Below are positions 8,827 to 18,589 of a DNA stretch of 64,000 bases, one piece after another. A program made the position numbers and the translations under genes. This DNA is from Candidatus Woykebacteria bacterium. GTDB lineage: Bacteria; Patescibacteriota; Microgenomatia; Woykebacterales; RBG-16-39-9b. Where the stretch lies: positions 70,803-134,802 of the forward strand of contig JBBDPM010000006.1 in assembly GCA_040876345.1 (NCBI GenBank), read 5' to 3'. The number at the start of each line of letters is the position of its first letter. The first letter of the stretch is position 1. The notes below the pieces were generated by a model. The model ran no database searches and was not told where the DNA came from. It saw nothing but the letters and a program-made list of their open reading frames with translations.

Positions 8827-9972
8827 CTACTCAATCCTCAAACTTAAGAGATAACCTAAAATCACAACCGCAGCCGTTGCTAAGAAAGTGGTAGCCGGCC
8901 CCCAAACTTGGTAGAGCGAACCAACCACAATCGGGCTAACAAATCGAGAAAGGCTTCCAAATGAATTCAAAGTTCCTAAAGCCAAACCTTGATCCTTCGA
9001 CCTTTTAGAAATATACGAGTTGTTGGCCGGATTAATTAAAGCTGTTCCCACCGACATTATCGCCAAGACTCCGGCTGATAAAACTTCGCTAAATGCAAAC
9101 GCAACAAGAGCCATGGAGAGAAACATAAAAACAAGGCCGGCTCTCAACACCTTTGCCTCACCATATTTCTCGATAACCTTACCAACAATAAAGGCCTGTA
9201 TCAGGGCACTTACAAGCCCTGAAAAAGCGAATATGTAACCCACTTGTACTGGACCAAGGTTAAATCTTTCTAAGGCTAAAATTGGATAGGCAACTCCTAC
9301 AATTCCGAACGAAAGAAATGAGACTGAAGACATAAGATACATTGGTGCCAGCCTTGATTTCAGCGCCAGGAAAATACTTTCAAAAACAAACCCTTTAAAA
9401 AGATCGAGTTTTTTGGTTCTTTCTTTAATTGTCTCGGGAACCAAAAGGTAAACGAAAACAAGATTGGCAACGGCAATAGCAGCCGAGACGAAAAAAGGAA
9501 AGTGAATTGAAACCTGTGAAAGCACACCCCCGAAAGCAGGACCAGCCGCAATTGCAAGACTGAAAGAAGCAGCTAGTGTCGCCATAACATAGGCCCTTTC
9601 AGATTTGGTAGATATATCAGCACCAGCTGCCTGAGCTGCCGAAAATCCCGCCGCCGAGACAAGACCATGAATTAGTCTGATTAAAATTAGGTGCCAGTAA
9701 CTCTGGGCTAGTCCAAATAAAAAGAATGACAGAGCACTTCCCAAAAGCGAAAATAAGATTATTGGCTTGCGACCAATCCTGTCTGATATATCTCCCCATA
9801 GAGGGGAGAAAAGAAACTGCGTAAGCGGAAACGCCGCAAAAAGAATTGATATTTGAAGCGTGCTTGCTCCAAATTCTTTAGCGTAAAAAGGAAGCAGCGG
9901 AAAGACTATGGAAAAACCCAAGATAAGAGTGAAATTAGTTATAAATAGTAGCGGTAAAACTTGTTTTCGCAT
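8827..9972 (-). CDS. MFS transporter
   Basis: 381 aa, 12 TM; LLPFYAKEFGAS...GDISDRIGRKP (MFS motif A region). Confidence 0.8.
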   Translation of the reverse strand: MRKQVLPLLFITNFTLILGFSIVFPLLPFYAKEFGASTLQISILFAAFPLTQFLFSPLWGDISDRIGRKPIILFSLLGSALSFFLFGLAQSYWHLILIRLIHGLVSAAGFSAAQAAGADISTKSERAYVMATLAASFSLAIAAGPAFGGVLSQVSIHFPFFVSAAIAVANLVFVYLLVPETIKERTKKLDLFKGFVFESIFLALKSRLAPMYLMSSVSFLSFGIVGVAYPILALERFNLGPVQVGYIFAFSGLVSALIQAFIVGKVIEKYGEAKVLRAGLVFMFLSMALVAFAFSEVLSAGVLAIMSVGTALINPANNSYISKRSKDQGLALGTLNSFGSLSRFVSPIVVGSLYQVWGPATTFLATAAVVILGYLLSLRIE

Positions 9973-10081
9973 GAAGATAAATTCTAACGAAAAATTCTGT
10001 TCTTGGAAAGCGGTAGCTTGTTTGTTGAAAACTTCTCACTTGACAACTAAAATCCCCCTATACTATAACTATGGGCGCCAC

Positions 10082-10318
10082 ATGAGAAAGTTTAAAATCA
10101 GGAAAGTAAAAACCACAAAAATCTTCACTAGGCCACCTGAGCAAGATCGAGTTCAATTTTTAACTAACCTTACTTACGACCTTGGGCGCTATTCCACAGC
10201 AGAAATGCCGGAAATTGAGACAATTAAAGCCTGGGCGGACAAAGAGCTTAAGAAAAGCTTTACCAGATCTAAAGTCCAAAATCTCTTTTCACCACAGTCA
10301 AAATCCACGGTACATTGA
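10082..10318 (+). CDS. small basic hypothetical protein (79 aa)
   Basis: ATG 10082 is in frame with listed ORF 9908 but lies beyond the divergent MFS start; preceded by TTGACA(10040)-17/18-TATAAC; MRKFKIRKVKTTK... Confidence 0.3.
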   Translation: MRKFKIRKVKTTKIFTRPPEQDRVQFLTNLTYDLGRYSTAEMPEIETIKAWADKELKKSFTRSKVQNLFSPQSKSTVH

Positions 10319-10353
10319 CGAGACTTACCTCGTACAAGTAAAATACATTTAGT

Positions 10354-10632
10354 ATGGACGATCCAAAAACTCTCGATGATGGCTCCGTCAAAGAGGGGAT
10401 TGATAAAGAAATCGCTAAAGGAGAAAAGTACACCCAGACTTCACCAGAACTTTCGGCAGGGGATATTGACGCTAGTTGGGAAGACGCCGAAACTGAAGGC
10501 TCAGAACTTCCCGGTGGCGGAAACGAAACACCAGATGAAAGTAATGTTGATGAAATTGGAAAAGCCTTGGGTGAATCTTACGAAGAAAGTGAACCCCTTG
10601 ACCCTACTAAAAAAGAGCGCCAAGCCGATTAA
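10354..10632 (+). CDS. acidic (D/E-rich) hypothetical protein
   Basis: 92 aa, strongly acidic low-complexity sequence; preferred over overlapping frame 10376-10642. Confidence 0.35.
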   Translation: MDDPKTLDDGSVKEGIDKEIAKGEKYTQTSPELSAGDIDASWEDAETEGSELPGGGNETPDESNVDEIGKALGESYEESEPLDPTKKERQAD

Positions 10633-10697
10633 AACCCCCTAGTTGCCAAAAATTCCCAAAAAGAGTATGATGAGAAGTCCCTTCCCAAATTTACTCT

Positions 10698-11774
10698 ATG
10701 AGAATTGCACAACTAGCTCCTTTAATAGAACGGGTACCGCCTAAAAGATACGGTGGTACTGAACGAATCGTCCATTATCTGACCGAAGAATTAGTAAAAA
10801 GAGGTCATAGTGTAACCCTTTTTGCTTCTGGAGACTCTGAAACTAAGGCCAAGCTAGTGTCCTCAGCATCCCATTCCCTTAGGTCAATGTACACTTCTGA
10901 AGAAGCGGCCTTCACCATGCTAAACGTCGCCAAGGTATACAAGAGGGGAGAGGAATTTGACATAATCCACAATCATTCTGACTATTACGCTTTTCCAGCA
11001 GCCTACTCTTCCCAAACCCCAACGGTAACAACTTTCCACGGCGCTTTTACTCTGGAAAACAAAAACATCTACGATGAGTATAAAGACCTAAATTTTGTCT
11101 CCATTTCAAATTCCCAGAGAAAAGGACAACCATCATTAAACTGGCGCTCAACAATTTATCACGGTATTCCAGTCGAAAAATTTCCATTCAAAGAAAATCA
11201 TAAAGACTATCTTTTATTTGTCGGCCGAATATCCCTTGAAAAGGGGACTCACATCGCTATGGATATTGCCATGTCATTAGATAAAGAACTCATTATGGCC
11301 GCTAAGCTAGACAAATATGACGTCGACTACTTTAATAAATACGTTGCTCCCCGTCTTAGTAACGGAAAGATTCGCTGGGTTGGAGAAGTCGATGATAAAG
11401 AAAGGAATAAGTTGATGGCGGAAGCTTCCTGCCTCTTGCACCCGGTCACTTGGAGTGAGCCTTTTGGCCTGGGCATGATCGAAGCTATGGCGACCGGCTG
11501 CCCAGTAATCGCCTTCAACAAAGGCTCAATCCCCGAAATAATAATTGATAAGAAAACTGGCTTTATTGTAAAAGAAGAAAAGGAAATGATGAAAGCGATA
11601 GAAAAGATCGGCTCTATCTCAAGAAAAAGGTGCCGCGCCCACGTCGAAAAGAATTTTAATTTAAAAGGAATGGTAGATTCTTACGAAAAATTGTATTATG
11701 AAATTATAAATGGGGGACCAAACAAGCGAGAACCAAAATCAACCGCAAAAGAGCGAACTAGAATCCCTGTATAA
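10698..11774 (+). CDS. glycosyltransferase family 4 (GT-B, group 1)
   Basis: EPFGLGMIEAMATGCPVIAFNKGSIPEII (E-x7-E motif); N-terminal GGTERIV... Confidence 0.8.
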   Translation: MRIAQLAPLIERVPPKRYGGTERIVHYLTEELVKRGHSVTLFASGDSETKAKLVSSASHSLRSMYTSEEAAFTMLNVAKVYKRGEEFDIIHNHSDYYAFPAAYSSQTPTVTTFHGAFTLENKNIYDEYKDLNFVSISNSQRKGQPSLNWRSTIYHGIPVEKFPFKENHKDYLLFVGRISLEKGTHIAMDIAMSLDKELIMAAKLDKYDVDYFNKYVAPRLSNGKIRWVGEVDDKERNKLMAEASCLLHPVTWSEPFGLGMIEAMATGCPVIAFNKGSIPEIIIDKKTGFIVKEEKEMMKAIEKIGSISRKRCRAHVEKNFNLKGMVDSYEKLYYEIINGGPNKREPKSTAKERTRIPV

Positions 11775-13023
11775 CCTTGCCCATAAGGCAATCCTCGAAC
11801 TCGAAACTCCTTACGGAATCAATGCTTCAGGAAAAGAAGATCGATTTTCCGCTTTCTTTGGCAGAGACTCAATGATAACCTCCTTGAAACTCTTGAGAGT
11901 CTACAAGCGAAACAGAGATAAAGCTTTCTTCAGAATAATTACTAAATGTATCGAAACGGCGGTAAAACTCCAAGGAAAAAGAGTCAACCCCTTGTCTGGC
12001 GAAGAAACTGGAAAAATAATCCACGAATACAGAAAGAGCGGTTATGAGCATTTAGTAAGCCACCGAAATCCTTGGTACTTATACCCTGATAAAACCCTGC
12101 GAAATTACGACTCCATAGACTCAACCCCACTTTTTTTAATTCTGGTCGGTGAATTTTATAAATACACCAAAGATCAAGAATTCTTACAACAAATTCTACC
12201 AAGCGTTGGTGATGCATTTTTCTGGATTAATAACTACGGACATAAGAGGAGAGACGGTCTATTTTTAGAGTACCTACTGCAAAGATCAGACTCTTACGGA
12301 GGTTTGGTGAACCAGGGCTGGATGGATAGCCCCGACTCAATATTGATAAGCGGGGAGTCTCCAAAAGAACCAATTGCATTGGTCGAAGTGCAAGGCTACT
12401 ACTTTAAAGCCTTGAAGCTCTGGGCGTCAATTTACGAAAAAATCGATTCAGAAAAAAGTCGTGACTATCAGAAAAAAGCCCAAGATCTGAAAAAAACTTT
12501 TAACGAACTTTTCCTTCTTAAGACCGAGGAATTAAACTTTTTTGCCCAAGCTATTTTTGGAAGCAAGGCGCTTATTCTCGAAAGAAGGTCAAGCCCAGGG
12601 CATTGCCTGTGGGCTTCTTATGAAGAGGGTGGTAAATTTGAATCCATAATCGATGATAAATTTATACCCGACGTGGTAAAGAGACTTATGAGACCAGATC
12701 TTTTTTTACCTGGTGCCGGCATCCGCACTCTTACGACAAAGTCTAAATTTTTTAACCCTTTGAGCTATCATAATGGTTCTATCTGGCCCTTTGACAATGG
12801 GCTGGCCGCAGAAGGTTTTAACAACTTTGGCTTTTCTAATGAAGCAAAAAAAGTAAGAGACGCCGTGCTTTTGGCAATAAAACACTTTGGCACACCAGTC
12901 GAACTTTATTGCGCCAATTTAGATGGCGCCCTTAGTGAATACAAGGAGGAAGCTGGTCGTCACGGCACACTGGTGCAAGCTTGGACCGCCGCTACTATTC
13001 TTGATTTCACAACGGACTATTAA
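11710..13023 (+). CDS. amylo-alpha-1,6-glucosidase/GDE_C-like glycoside hydrolase
   Basis: 437 aa; FFGRDSMITSLKLL motif typical of debranching-enzyme-like (alpha/alpha)6 barrel hydrolases; overlaps upstream GT4. Confidence 0.6.
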   Translation: MGDQTSENQNQPQKSELESLYNLAHKAILELETPYGINASGKEDRFSAFFGRDSMITSLKLLRVYKRNRDKAFFRIITKCIETAVKLQGKRVNPLSGEETGKIIHEYRKSGYEHLVSHRNPWYLYPDKTLRNYDSIDSTPLFLILVGEFYKYTKDQEFLQQILPSVGDAFFWINNYGHKRRDGLFLEYLLQRSDSYGGLVNQGWMDSPDSILISGESPKEPIALVEVQGYYFKALKLWASIYEKIDSEKSRDYQKKAQDLKKTFNELFLLKTEELNFFAQAIFGSKALILERRSSPGHCLWASYEEGGKFESIIDDKFIPDVVKRLMRPDLFLPGAGIRTLTTKSKFFNPLSYHNGSIWPFDNGLAAEGFNNFGFSNEAKKVRDAVLLAIKHFGTPVELYCANLDGALSEYKEEAGRHGTLVQAWTAATILDFTTDY

Positions 13024-13045
13024 ACCTCTCTGCTATAATGAAGTG

Positions 13046-13774
13046 ATGATTTATCAAGATAAAGACTTGCCAAAAGGCAGCAGCCATAATCCTTTTATTT
13101 ACACCAACTTTGTGACAACGGTCGATGGAAAGGTGCAAGTATTAGAAAACTGGCGCTCATATTGGCCAATCGGTAGTAAGACTGACTACCAAACCCTACT
13201 GGAACTGCGCTCCTTTTCCGATTGTCTGATCCACGGCTCTTCAACTGCCAAAACTTTCAATTTTTCCAAAACTATAAATACGCAGAGTTTAAGAGACTTA
13301 AGAAAAAAACTTGGAAAAAAAGAAACTCTGCCTTACGTGGTTCTTTCAAATAATCCAGATAAAATCTTAGTTGAGAGTTTAAAGTCCAGAAACCAAGAAA
13401 AAACTTACCTAGTAACAAATAACAAAGCGGTCGTAAAAGAAGAAGTAAAGAGCGATGTTAATCTTGTCAGGGCAGGTAAGGAAAAAATAGACCTAAAAGA
13501 TCTAGTATTGTTTTTGGCAAAAAATCTCGGAGCAAAAAGAATTTTGGTGGAGGGTGGACCAAGTGTTTTAGGATCTTTCCTCTCGCAAGATCTGATCGAT
13601 GAAGTCTTTATAACAATCACTCCAAAAATCTTTGGTAACTTTCCCGGCAAAGCATTAACCATGGTAGAAGGTACTCTTTTCCCAGCAGATAAAGTCAAAC
13701 ACCTAAAGTTAATCTCGGCAAAATCAAAAAATGATGAAGTGTTCTTACGTTACCAAATAGTAAAATCCAAATGA
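13046..13774 (+). CDS. RibD C-terminal domain / dihydrofolate-reductase-like reductase
   Basis: Start moved to ATG 13046 after stop of previous gene; FVTTVDGKV...LIHGSSTAKTF...ILVEGGPSVLGSFLSQDLIDEVFITITPKIFG. Confidence 0.6.
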   Translation: MIYQDKDLPKGSSHNPFIYTNFVTTVDGKVQVLENWRSYWPIGSKTDYQTLLELRSFSDCLIHGSSTAKTFNFSKTINTQSLRDLRKKLGKKETLPYVVLSNNPDKILVESLKSRNQEKTYLVTNNKAVVKEEVKSDVNLVRAGKEKIDLKDLVLFLAKNLGAKRILVEGGPSVLGSFLSQDLIDEVFITITPKIFGNFPGKALTMVEGTLFPADKVKHLKLISAKSKNDEVFLRYQIVKSK

Positions 13775-14358
13775 AAGATATCTATTTGGTACGGCACGGA
13801 GAGGCGGCAGATGACGTTGAGGGGCTTTTTGGAGGAGCCGCCGATCATGAACCGACGGAAAAGGGTTTGAGAGATGCCGAAAAGTTTGCTATGAACTTCA
13901 AAAACAAAGAAATTGATATTGTAATTACAAGTCCATATAGAAGAGCCAAGGACCCAGCTAAAACTGTTGCCAAAAAACTCAATGTTCCCGTAGTTGAAAT
14001 AGAGGATCTTCGCGAGAGAAATCATTACGGTATCTTAACTGGAATGAGTCATGAGGGGGCAGCAAAAAAGCACCCGGACCTAGTTGAGGCGGTGAGAAAG
14101 CCAGCTTCCGAAATTGAAGGAGCGGAGCCAAATAAAGATTTTCGAAAAAGAGTGCCAGAAGCAATTGAAAAAATCTGGGAACGACCCGAGAAAAAGGCCT
14201 TAGTTTTTACCCACCTTGGCGTAATATTAGCAGCGCTAGATCTTCATTATGGCGACCTGGAAGTTGAGCATTATGGTTGGGTAAAAATTCAAAAAGAGAA
14301 CAAGGAGTGGAAGACACTAGAAAGCGAAAAAGTAATATTTAACAAGCAGGAGGTGTAG
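13771..14358 (+). CDS. histidine phosphatase family (phosphoglycerate mutase-like)
   Basis: YLVRHGEA (RHG catalytic motif) at N-terminus; 195 aa. Confidence 0.7.
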   Translation: MKDIYLVRHGEAADDVEGLFGGAADHEPTEKGLRDAEKFAMNFKNKEIDIVITSPYRRAKDPAKTVAKKLNVPVVEIEDLRERNHYGILTGMSHEGAAKKHPDLVEAVRKPASEIEGAEPNKDFRKRVPEAIEKIWERPEKKALVFTHLGVILAALDLHYGDLEVEHYGWVKIQKENKEWKTLESEKVIFNKQEV

Positions 14359-14360
14359 AG

Positions 14361-15233
14361 ATGCATATTCACGATCTTGATGTAAGTAAATGCCAAAAAG
14401 AAAAAATTGGAGTTTCCTACAGCGGTGGCGCAAATAGGGGGATCGTCCACCTCGGAATCGCTAAAGCCTTCATTCATCTTGGTATCAAGCCAGGCTTTAT
14501 CGTTGGAGTTTCTTCCGGCAGCATTGCCGCGGCGATTCACGCTTTTAATCCCGATAATTTTGACACAATAAGCCTGACAACAAGCATTATAAAAAAGCTT
14601 AAACGAGCCGACTTCGGCCTTTCCATTCCTCAAATTGTTATCCGAGTCTTAAAGGAGCGCCTTAACCTCCAATCCCTTGGCGACTTATCCGGCTTTAAAA
14701 AAATCGTTGCTGAAAATATTCCCTTTAAAAGCTTCGCGGAAGCAAAAGTCCCTTTTGCAATTGAGGCCGCTAATAGATTAAACAGTCAGCAAACTTGGTT
14801 TGAAGAAGGTCCGGTGATAGAGGCAATGATTGCTTCAAGCTCTTTACCCGTTGCTTTTCCACCTTACAAAATAAACTCCGAACTTTATGTTGATGGTGGG
14901 GTCACCGATGGTCTACCCCTTTTCAAACTAGCCGAAGAAGGCTGCGGGACAATTGTTGCTATTAACTTAGGCTACGCTGGTGAAACCAGAGAGCCACCAA
15001 AAAACCTACTTGAAAACCTTTTTGGCAGTATTGATATAGCCCTTTATCAATCTGATCGCTACGAAGTGGCTCTGGTAAAAGCTCTGTATCCAGATTTAAA
15101 CATAATTGAGGTTCGTCCCGAAGTTGCCTTTGATCTTCCGCCTTTTTCCTTTACTCCAGAAAAAATCGATCCTCTGGTGCAAGAAGCATTTGAAAAAAGT
15201 GTTGAGATTCTCAAGCCCCAATTTAAACTTTAA
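14361..15233 (+). CDS. patatin-like phospholipase (copy 2)
   Basis: SGGANRG, GVSSG, VDGGVTDGLP; SD AGGAGGTG 14345-14352; same length and motif spacing as copy 1. Confidence 0.8.
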   Translation: MHIHDLDVSKCQKEKIGVSYSGGANRGIVHLGIAKAFIHLGIKPGFIVGVSSGSIAAAIHAFNPDNFDTISLTTSIIKKLKRADFGLSIPQIVIRVLKERLNLQSLGDLSGFKKIVAENIPFKSFAEAKVPFAIEAANRLNSQQTWFEEGPVIEAMIASSSLPVAFPPYKINSELYVDGGVTDGLPLFKLAEEGCGTIVAINLGYAGETREPPKNLLENLFGSIDIALYQSDRYEVALVKALYPDLNIIEVRPEVAFDLPPFSFTPEKIDPLVQEAFEKSVEILKPQFKL

Positions 15234-15246
15234 ACAAAGTGTACCG

Positions 15247-15280
15247 CCAGACGGGCGCAACTTGTGATCACGCCCGTCTG
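15247..15280. terminator. bidirectional hairpin between convergent genes
   Basis: CCAGACGGGCG(15247-15257)-loop-CGCCCGTCTG(15271-15280), perfect 10-11 bp GC-rich stem. Confidence 0.5.
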
Positions 15281-15283
15281 AAA

Positions 15284-15754
15284 TTAAGCGAAGACACCTT
15301 GTCTTAGCTTGCTAAGCACTATACTCATTAGAAAAACCGCCAATGCCCCCACGACAGCCCCAGCTGCGTCGAACAAGAGATCGGAAACCTCAGCCCCATG
15401 CTCAGGCATCCAAATCTGTAAGACCTCAACCAGGAACCAGAAGATGGATGATACCGCCAACGCGAACAGCGCTAGAAGCCGGTGATCAGGGGTGGCCTCA
15501 AGCCTTCGCATAAATGAAAGTCCGATCACAACCGCCAGTCCAGATGAACCAGCCAAGTGACCCAGCGGAGAGAACTTTCGATCGAGAAAACCCAGCGACA
15601 GAGGCGCTATGGATAAAACGATAAGAATGCCCACTCCTATCACCGCCGCCCAGAAAAGGTTGCCCGCAATTTTCTCTCTCATAACGATCCCTCCCATCGA
15701 CTCCTTAGACGATCTTTGTACTTCCGGGTTTGTTAGTTTATACCAAAAAAGCAC
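15284..15754 (-). CDS. VanZ-like membrane protein (GC-rich islet)
   Basis: 4 TM; C-terminal DLLFDAAGAVVGAL resembles VanZ family motif; true start may be an internal Met. Confidence 0.4.
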   Translation of the reverse strand: MLFWYKLTNPEVQRSSKESMGGIVMREKIAGNLFWAAVIGVGILIVLSIAPLSLGFLDRKFSPLGHLAGSSGLAVVIGLSFMRRLEATPDHRLLALFALAVSSIFWFLVEVLQIWMPEHGAEVSDLLFDAAGAVVGALAVFLMSIVLSKLRQGVFA

Positions 15755-15911
15755 CGATCAAGCAAGACAAATCAGGGAACTTTTTCCCTGCAAAGATTTA
15801 TACAGTTTTACTTTAAAACTAAAACCTCGCCGGCACATTACATTGTTTGATAGGTGTATAATCTTCTCGCAAGTCGCTACTACCTACCATAATCACGAAA
15901 GGAGATCCGAG

Positions 15912-16781
15912 GTGAAGGTAGAGAGAGTCCAAACAGCACACTGGCTACTTCTGAGCTGGGCTCTTCCAGCCATGCTTGTAGCAGCCTTCGGCCTTTTTGC
16001 GCCCGACACCAAAACAAACAGACCGGGTTCTGGTGCCAACCACGAGGCACTGGGCACAGCCACATACCAACTCAAGCAAGGTCAATCCCTGTGGTCGGTA
16101 GCTACATTCCTGCTTGAGATGGAAGGGGTGAGGAACCCCCAAGAAAAGGGCCAGCTAGTCACGAATGACTATGTAAACGGGGTGACTGACGCCGTGCGCA
16201 GAATCGTAATTGAGAGTCAAAGGCGAGGGTTTCTACCCCTTGGATTTGACCCTTGGGGTCCGAGCCGCTTTACACTTCCGGTCGGTCAACATCTAGCTAT
16301 CACGATTGGTGGTACCCAAAAGGCGGATTCTGGGGAAAAACCCAAGCCAACAGCGTCGTTTATCTGCCCAACGCGTTCCATGAACAGCCTGGCGCAGGAG
16401 CTCTTCAACGCTGCTAACAATGAGCGGATGCAGCAAGACCTACCGGAACTAGCTGTGAGTGATTGTGCTACCTACGTGGCCCAAATCCGCTCGGAAGATC
16501 TGGCCGCGAACAGCTACTTCTCGCACACTAGCCCAAAGGGGGAGACGGCGTTTTCGCTGATGGATCACTACAACGTTCCCTACGGCTGGGCAGGCGAGAA
16601 TCTGGCCCGCAACAACTACCCCTCTAACAAGGCAGCGGCTGTGGCAATTAGCGATCTGATGAAGAGCCCAGGACACCGCGCCAACATCCTCAGTACCACC
16701 TACACGAGCATGGGGGTAGGGTACGCGGCAGGGAGAAACGGCATGCGCTACTTCACGATGGTTCTCATCGGACCCCCCTGA
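15912..16781 (+). CDS. secreted CAP/SCP (YkwD-like) domain protein
   Basis: GTG 15912 with SD AAAGGAGA 15898-15905; signal-like AHWLLLSWALPAMLVAAFGLFAP; C-terminal ...SPGHRANILSTTYTSMGVGY... CAP signature; GC-rich. Confidence 0.65.
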   Translation: MKVERVQTAHWLLLSWALPAMLVAAFGLFAPDTKTNRPGSGANHEALGTATYQLKQGQSLWSVATFLLEMEGVRNPQEKGQLVTNDYVNGVTDAVRRIVIESQRRGFLPLGFDPWGPSRFTLPVGQHLAITIGGTQKADSGEKPKPTASFICPTRSMNSLAQELFNAANNERMQQDLPELAVSDCATYVAQIRSEDLAANSYFSHTSPKGETAFSLMDHYNVPYGWAGENLARNNYPSNKAAAVAISDLMKSPGHRANILSTTYTSMGVGYAAGRNGMRYFTMVLIGPP

Positions 16782-16877
16782 CGAAAGGAGAAAACCAAAG
16801 GGCGTCACCCAAAGTACCCACCTTGAGTGACGCCTCCGAACTTGATCGCTAAATCTTTCAATGTTAAGATATTCAAG

Positions 16878-17210
16878 ATGATTTCTTATAATGATTTTGA
16901 AAAAGTAGATATTCGCCTTGGCAAAATAGTCAAAGCGGAAGATTTTCCAGAGGCCAGAAAGCCTTCGTACAAACTAACCATAGACTTTGGTCCTGAAATT
17001 GGTATCAAGAAGTCTAGTGCCAGGATAGTAGACCTCTACGATAAGAAAAATCTTGAGGGAAGCTACATATTAGGAGTAGTCAACATTCCACCCAAACAAA
17101 TCGGTCCCTTTGTTTCTGAGTGCCTTACTTTGGGAATCCCCAACAAGGAGGGTGGTGTAGTTTTGGTGCGGCCGGACAAAGAAGCAAAACTTGGCAGTAA
17201 ACTTTTTTAG
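16878..17210 (+). CDS. tRNA-binding (Myf/CsaA-like) domain protein
   Basis: MISYNDFEKVDIRLGKIVKAEDFPEARKPSYKLTIDFG is typical of the tRNA_bind domain; start at internal Met of listed ORF. Confidence 0.7.
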   Translation: MISYNDFEKVDIRLGKIVKAEDFPEARKPSYKLTIDFGPEIGIKKSSARIVDLYDKKNLEGSYILGVVNIPPKQIGPFVSECLTLGIPNKEGGVVLVRPDKEAKLGSKLF

Positions 17211-17215
17211 CTGCC

Positions 17216-17380
17216 TCAAGGTGATTTTTCTTGGGTAGTGGCACTTGGAGAAGAAATTGTCTCACCTGACCCCGTATTTACTGTTGGAGCAATAGTTTGT
17301 CTTTTTCCCATCATTAAATAGAAAACCGAAGATAGTAGAATCAATACCAAAACAACGATACCAAAAGTAACTTTGCTCAT
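17216..17380 (-). CDS. small membrane-anchored hypothetical protein (54 aa)
   Basis: MSKVTFGIVVLVLILLSSVFYLMM... single TM; weak. Confidence 0.25.
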   Translation of the reverse strand: MSKVTFGIVVLVLILLSSVFYLMMGKRQTIAPTVNTGSGETISSPSATTQEKSP

Positions 17381-17462
17381 TATTTCTAGTTTAGTCTTTT
17401 GCACTATTGTTGTCAAAAAGCCAAGTTTGGCCAAGATAAACAAAAAGTGCTATCATTAACTT

Positions 17463-17966
17463 ATGAAGTTCAGAGAAGTCACTTGGTACTCCAAACTACT
17501 GGCCTTAGCTTTATTTGTGGCTTTGCCATTTATGGGTTTCTGCGCGGGGATGAAATATCAAGAGGGTCTATATACTGGGCCAACAAACAATAATATAGCA
17601 ATCCCAGACCTACCTAAAAAAGATGCTTCGGATTCCTCAAAACCAAAAGACGACTCTAACACTGATAGCCGAACCCAAGTAAAGAAAATTAACAACGATA
17701 AATTATCTATATCAGTTATTCTAGACGATGGAAAACTCACCTACACTGGAACCGTGAAGGTGCCAACACCCTGTCACAGCGTAAAGCACGATGCCTTGGT
17801 GGCCGAATCCTACCCAGAACAAGTGCAGATTAAACTAACAACCCTTAACCCTGACCCAACCCAAGTCTGCGCCCAAGTGGTCGCCAACAAAAAATTCTCA
17901 GGTGAAGTTCAAGTTTCCTCCAAAGCAACTATTTCAATCTACCTAGATGGCAATAAGATTGATTAA
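17463..17966 (+). CDS. secreted hypothetical protein
   Basis: 167 aa, N-terminal signal/TM (LLALALFVALPFMGFCAG). Confidence 0.45.
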   Translation: MKFREVTWYSKLLALALFVALPFMGFCAGMKYQEGLYTGPTNNNIAIPDLPKKDASDSSKPKDDSNTDSRTQVKKINNDKLSISVILDDGKLTYTGTVKVPTPCHSVKHDALVAESYPEQVQIKLTTLNPDPTQVCAQVVANKKFSGEVQVSSKATISIYLDGNKID

Positions 17967-18589
17967 TGAAGACACTTCTTTTAACTTCCCAGGGTTTAAA
18001 CGTTAAAGATGAGATTTTGAAAATCTTACCTAAGCCTCCAAGAGAGCTAAGGGTTGCTCACATAACGACAGCTTCAAAGGATGAGAAAGACAAAAGTTAT
18101 GTCAACCGAGACACCAAGGAATTGGAAAGTCTCGGATTTGCGGTTAAAGAAATAAACATTGCCAATCTAGACGAAAAAAGACTAAGAGAAATACTTTCCA
18201 ACAAAGATATTATTTATGTCCAAGGTGGTAATACTTTTTACCTGTTAAAATGCACAAAAGAATCGGGTTTTGATAAGGTTGTAAAAGAGTTAATTGGAAA
18301 AGGAATAATTTATATTGGGAAAAGCGCCGGAAGTTATATTGCCTGCCCAACGATTGAGCAATCCAGCTGGACTCATGATCACAATATTTATGGACTGACT
18401 GATCTAACCGCTCTTTCATTAGTCCCCTTTGGACTATATGTTCATTATGTGCCCGCGGATAAAGCGATCCTGAAAGAGAAAATTTCTGAATTCAAATACC
18501 CACTTAAAATTCTTACCGACGATCAGGCCATTTTAGTAAAGGAAGACACTTATGAGCTAGTTGGAAAAGGTCCTGAAGTAAAACTCTAA
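17966..18589 (+). CDS. pepE: peptidase E / S51 family dipeptidase
   Basis: YVQGGNTFYLL, IGKSAGSYIACPT match the S51 Ser-His-Glu triad context. Confidence 0.75.
   Translation: MKTLLLTSQGLNVKDEILKILPKPPRELRVAHITTASKDEKDKSYVNRDTKELESLGFAVKEINIANLDEKRLREILSNKDIIYVQGGNTFYLLKCTKESGFDKVVKELIGKGIIYIGKSAGSYIACPTIEQSSWTHDHNIYGLTDLTALSLVPFGLYVHYVPADKAILKEKISEFKYPLKILTDDQAILVKEDTYELVGKGPEVKL

Noticed and set aside
9908-10081. 5' extension of ORF 9908-10318 overlapping the MFS transporter start on the opposite strand
   Set aside because: The extension overlaps the divergent gene and precedes a plausible promoter. The shorter ORF from ATG 10082 was kept.
4957-15233. Patatin-like lipases as effectors of a CBASS or other anti-phage system
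   Set aside because: No cyclase/CD-NTase, E1/E2, HORMA/TRIP13, SAVED or other defence partners are present in either neighbourhood.
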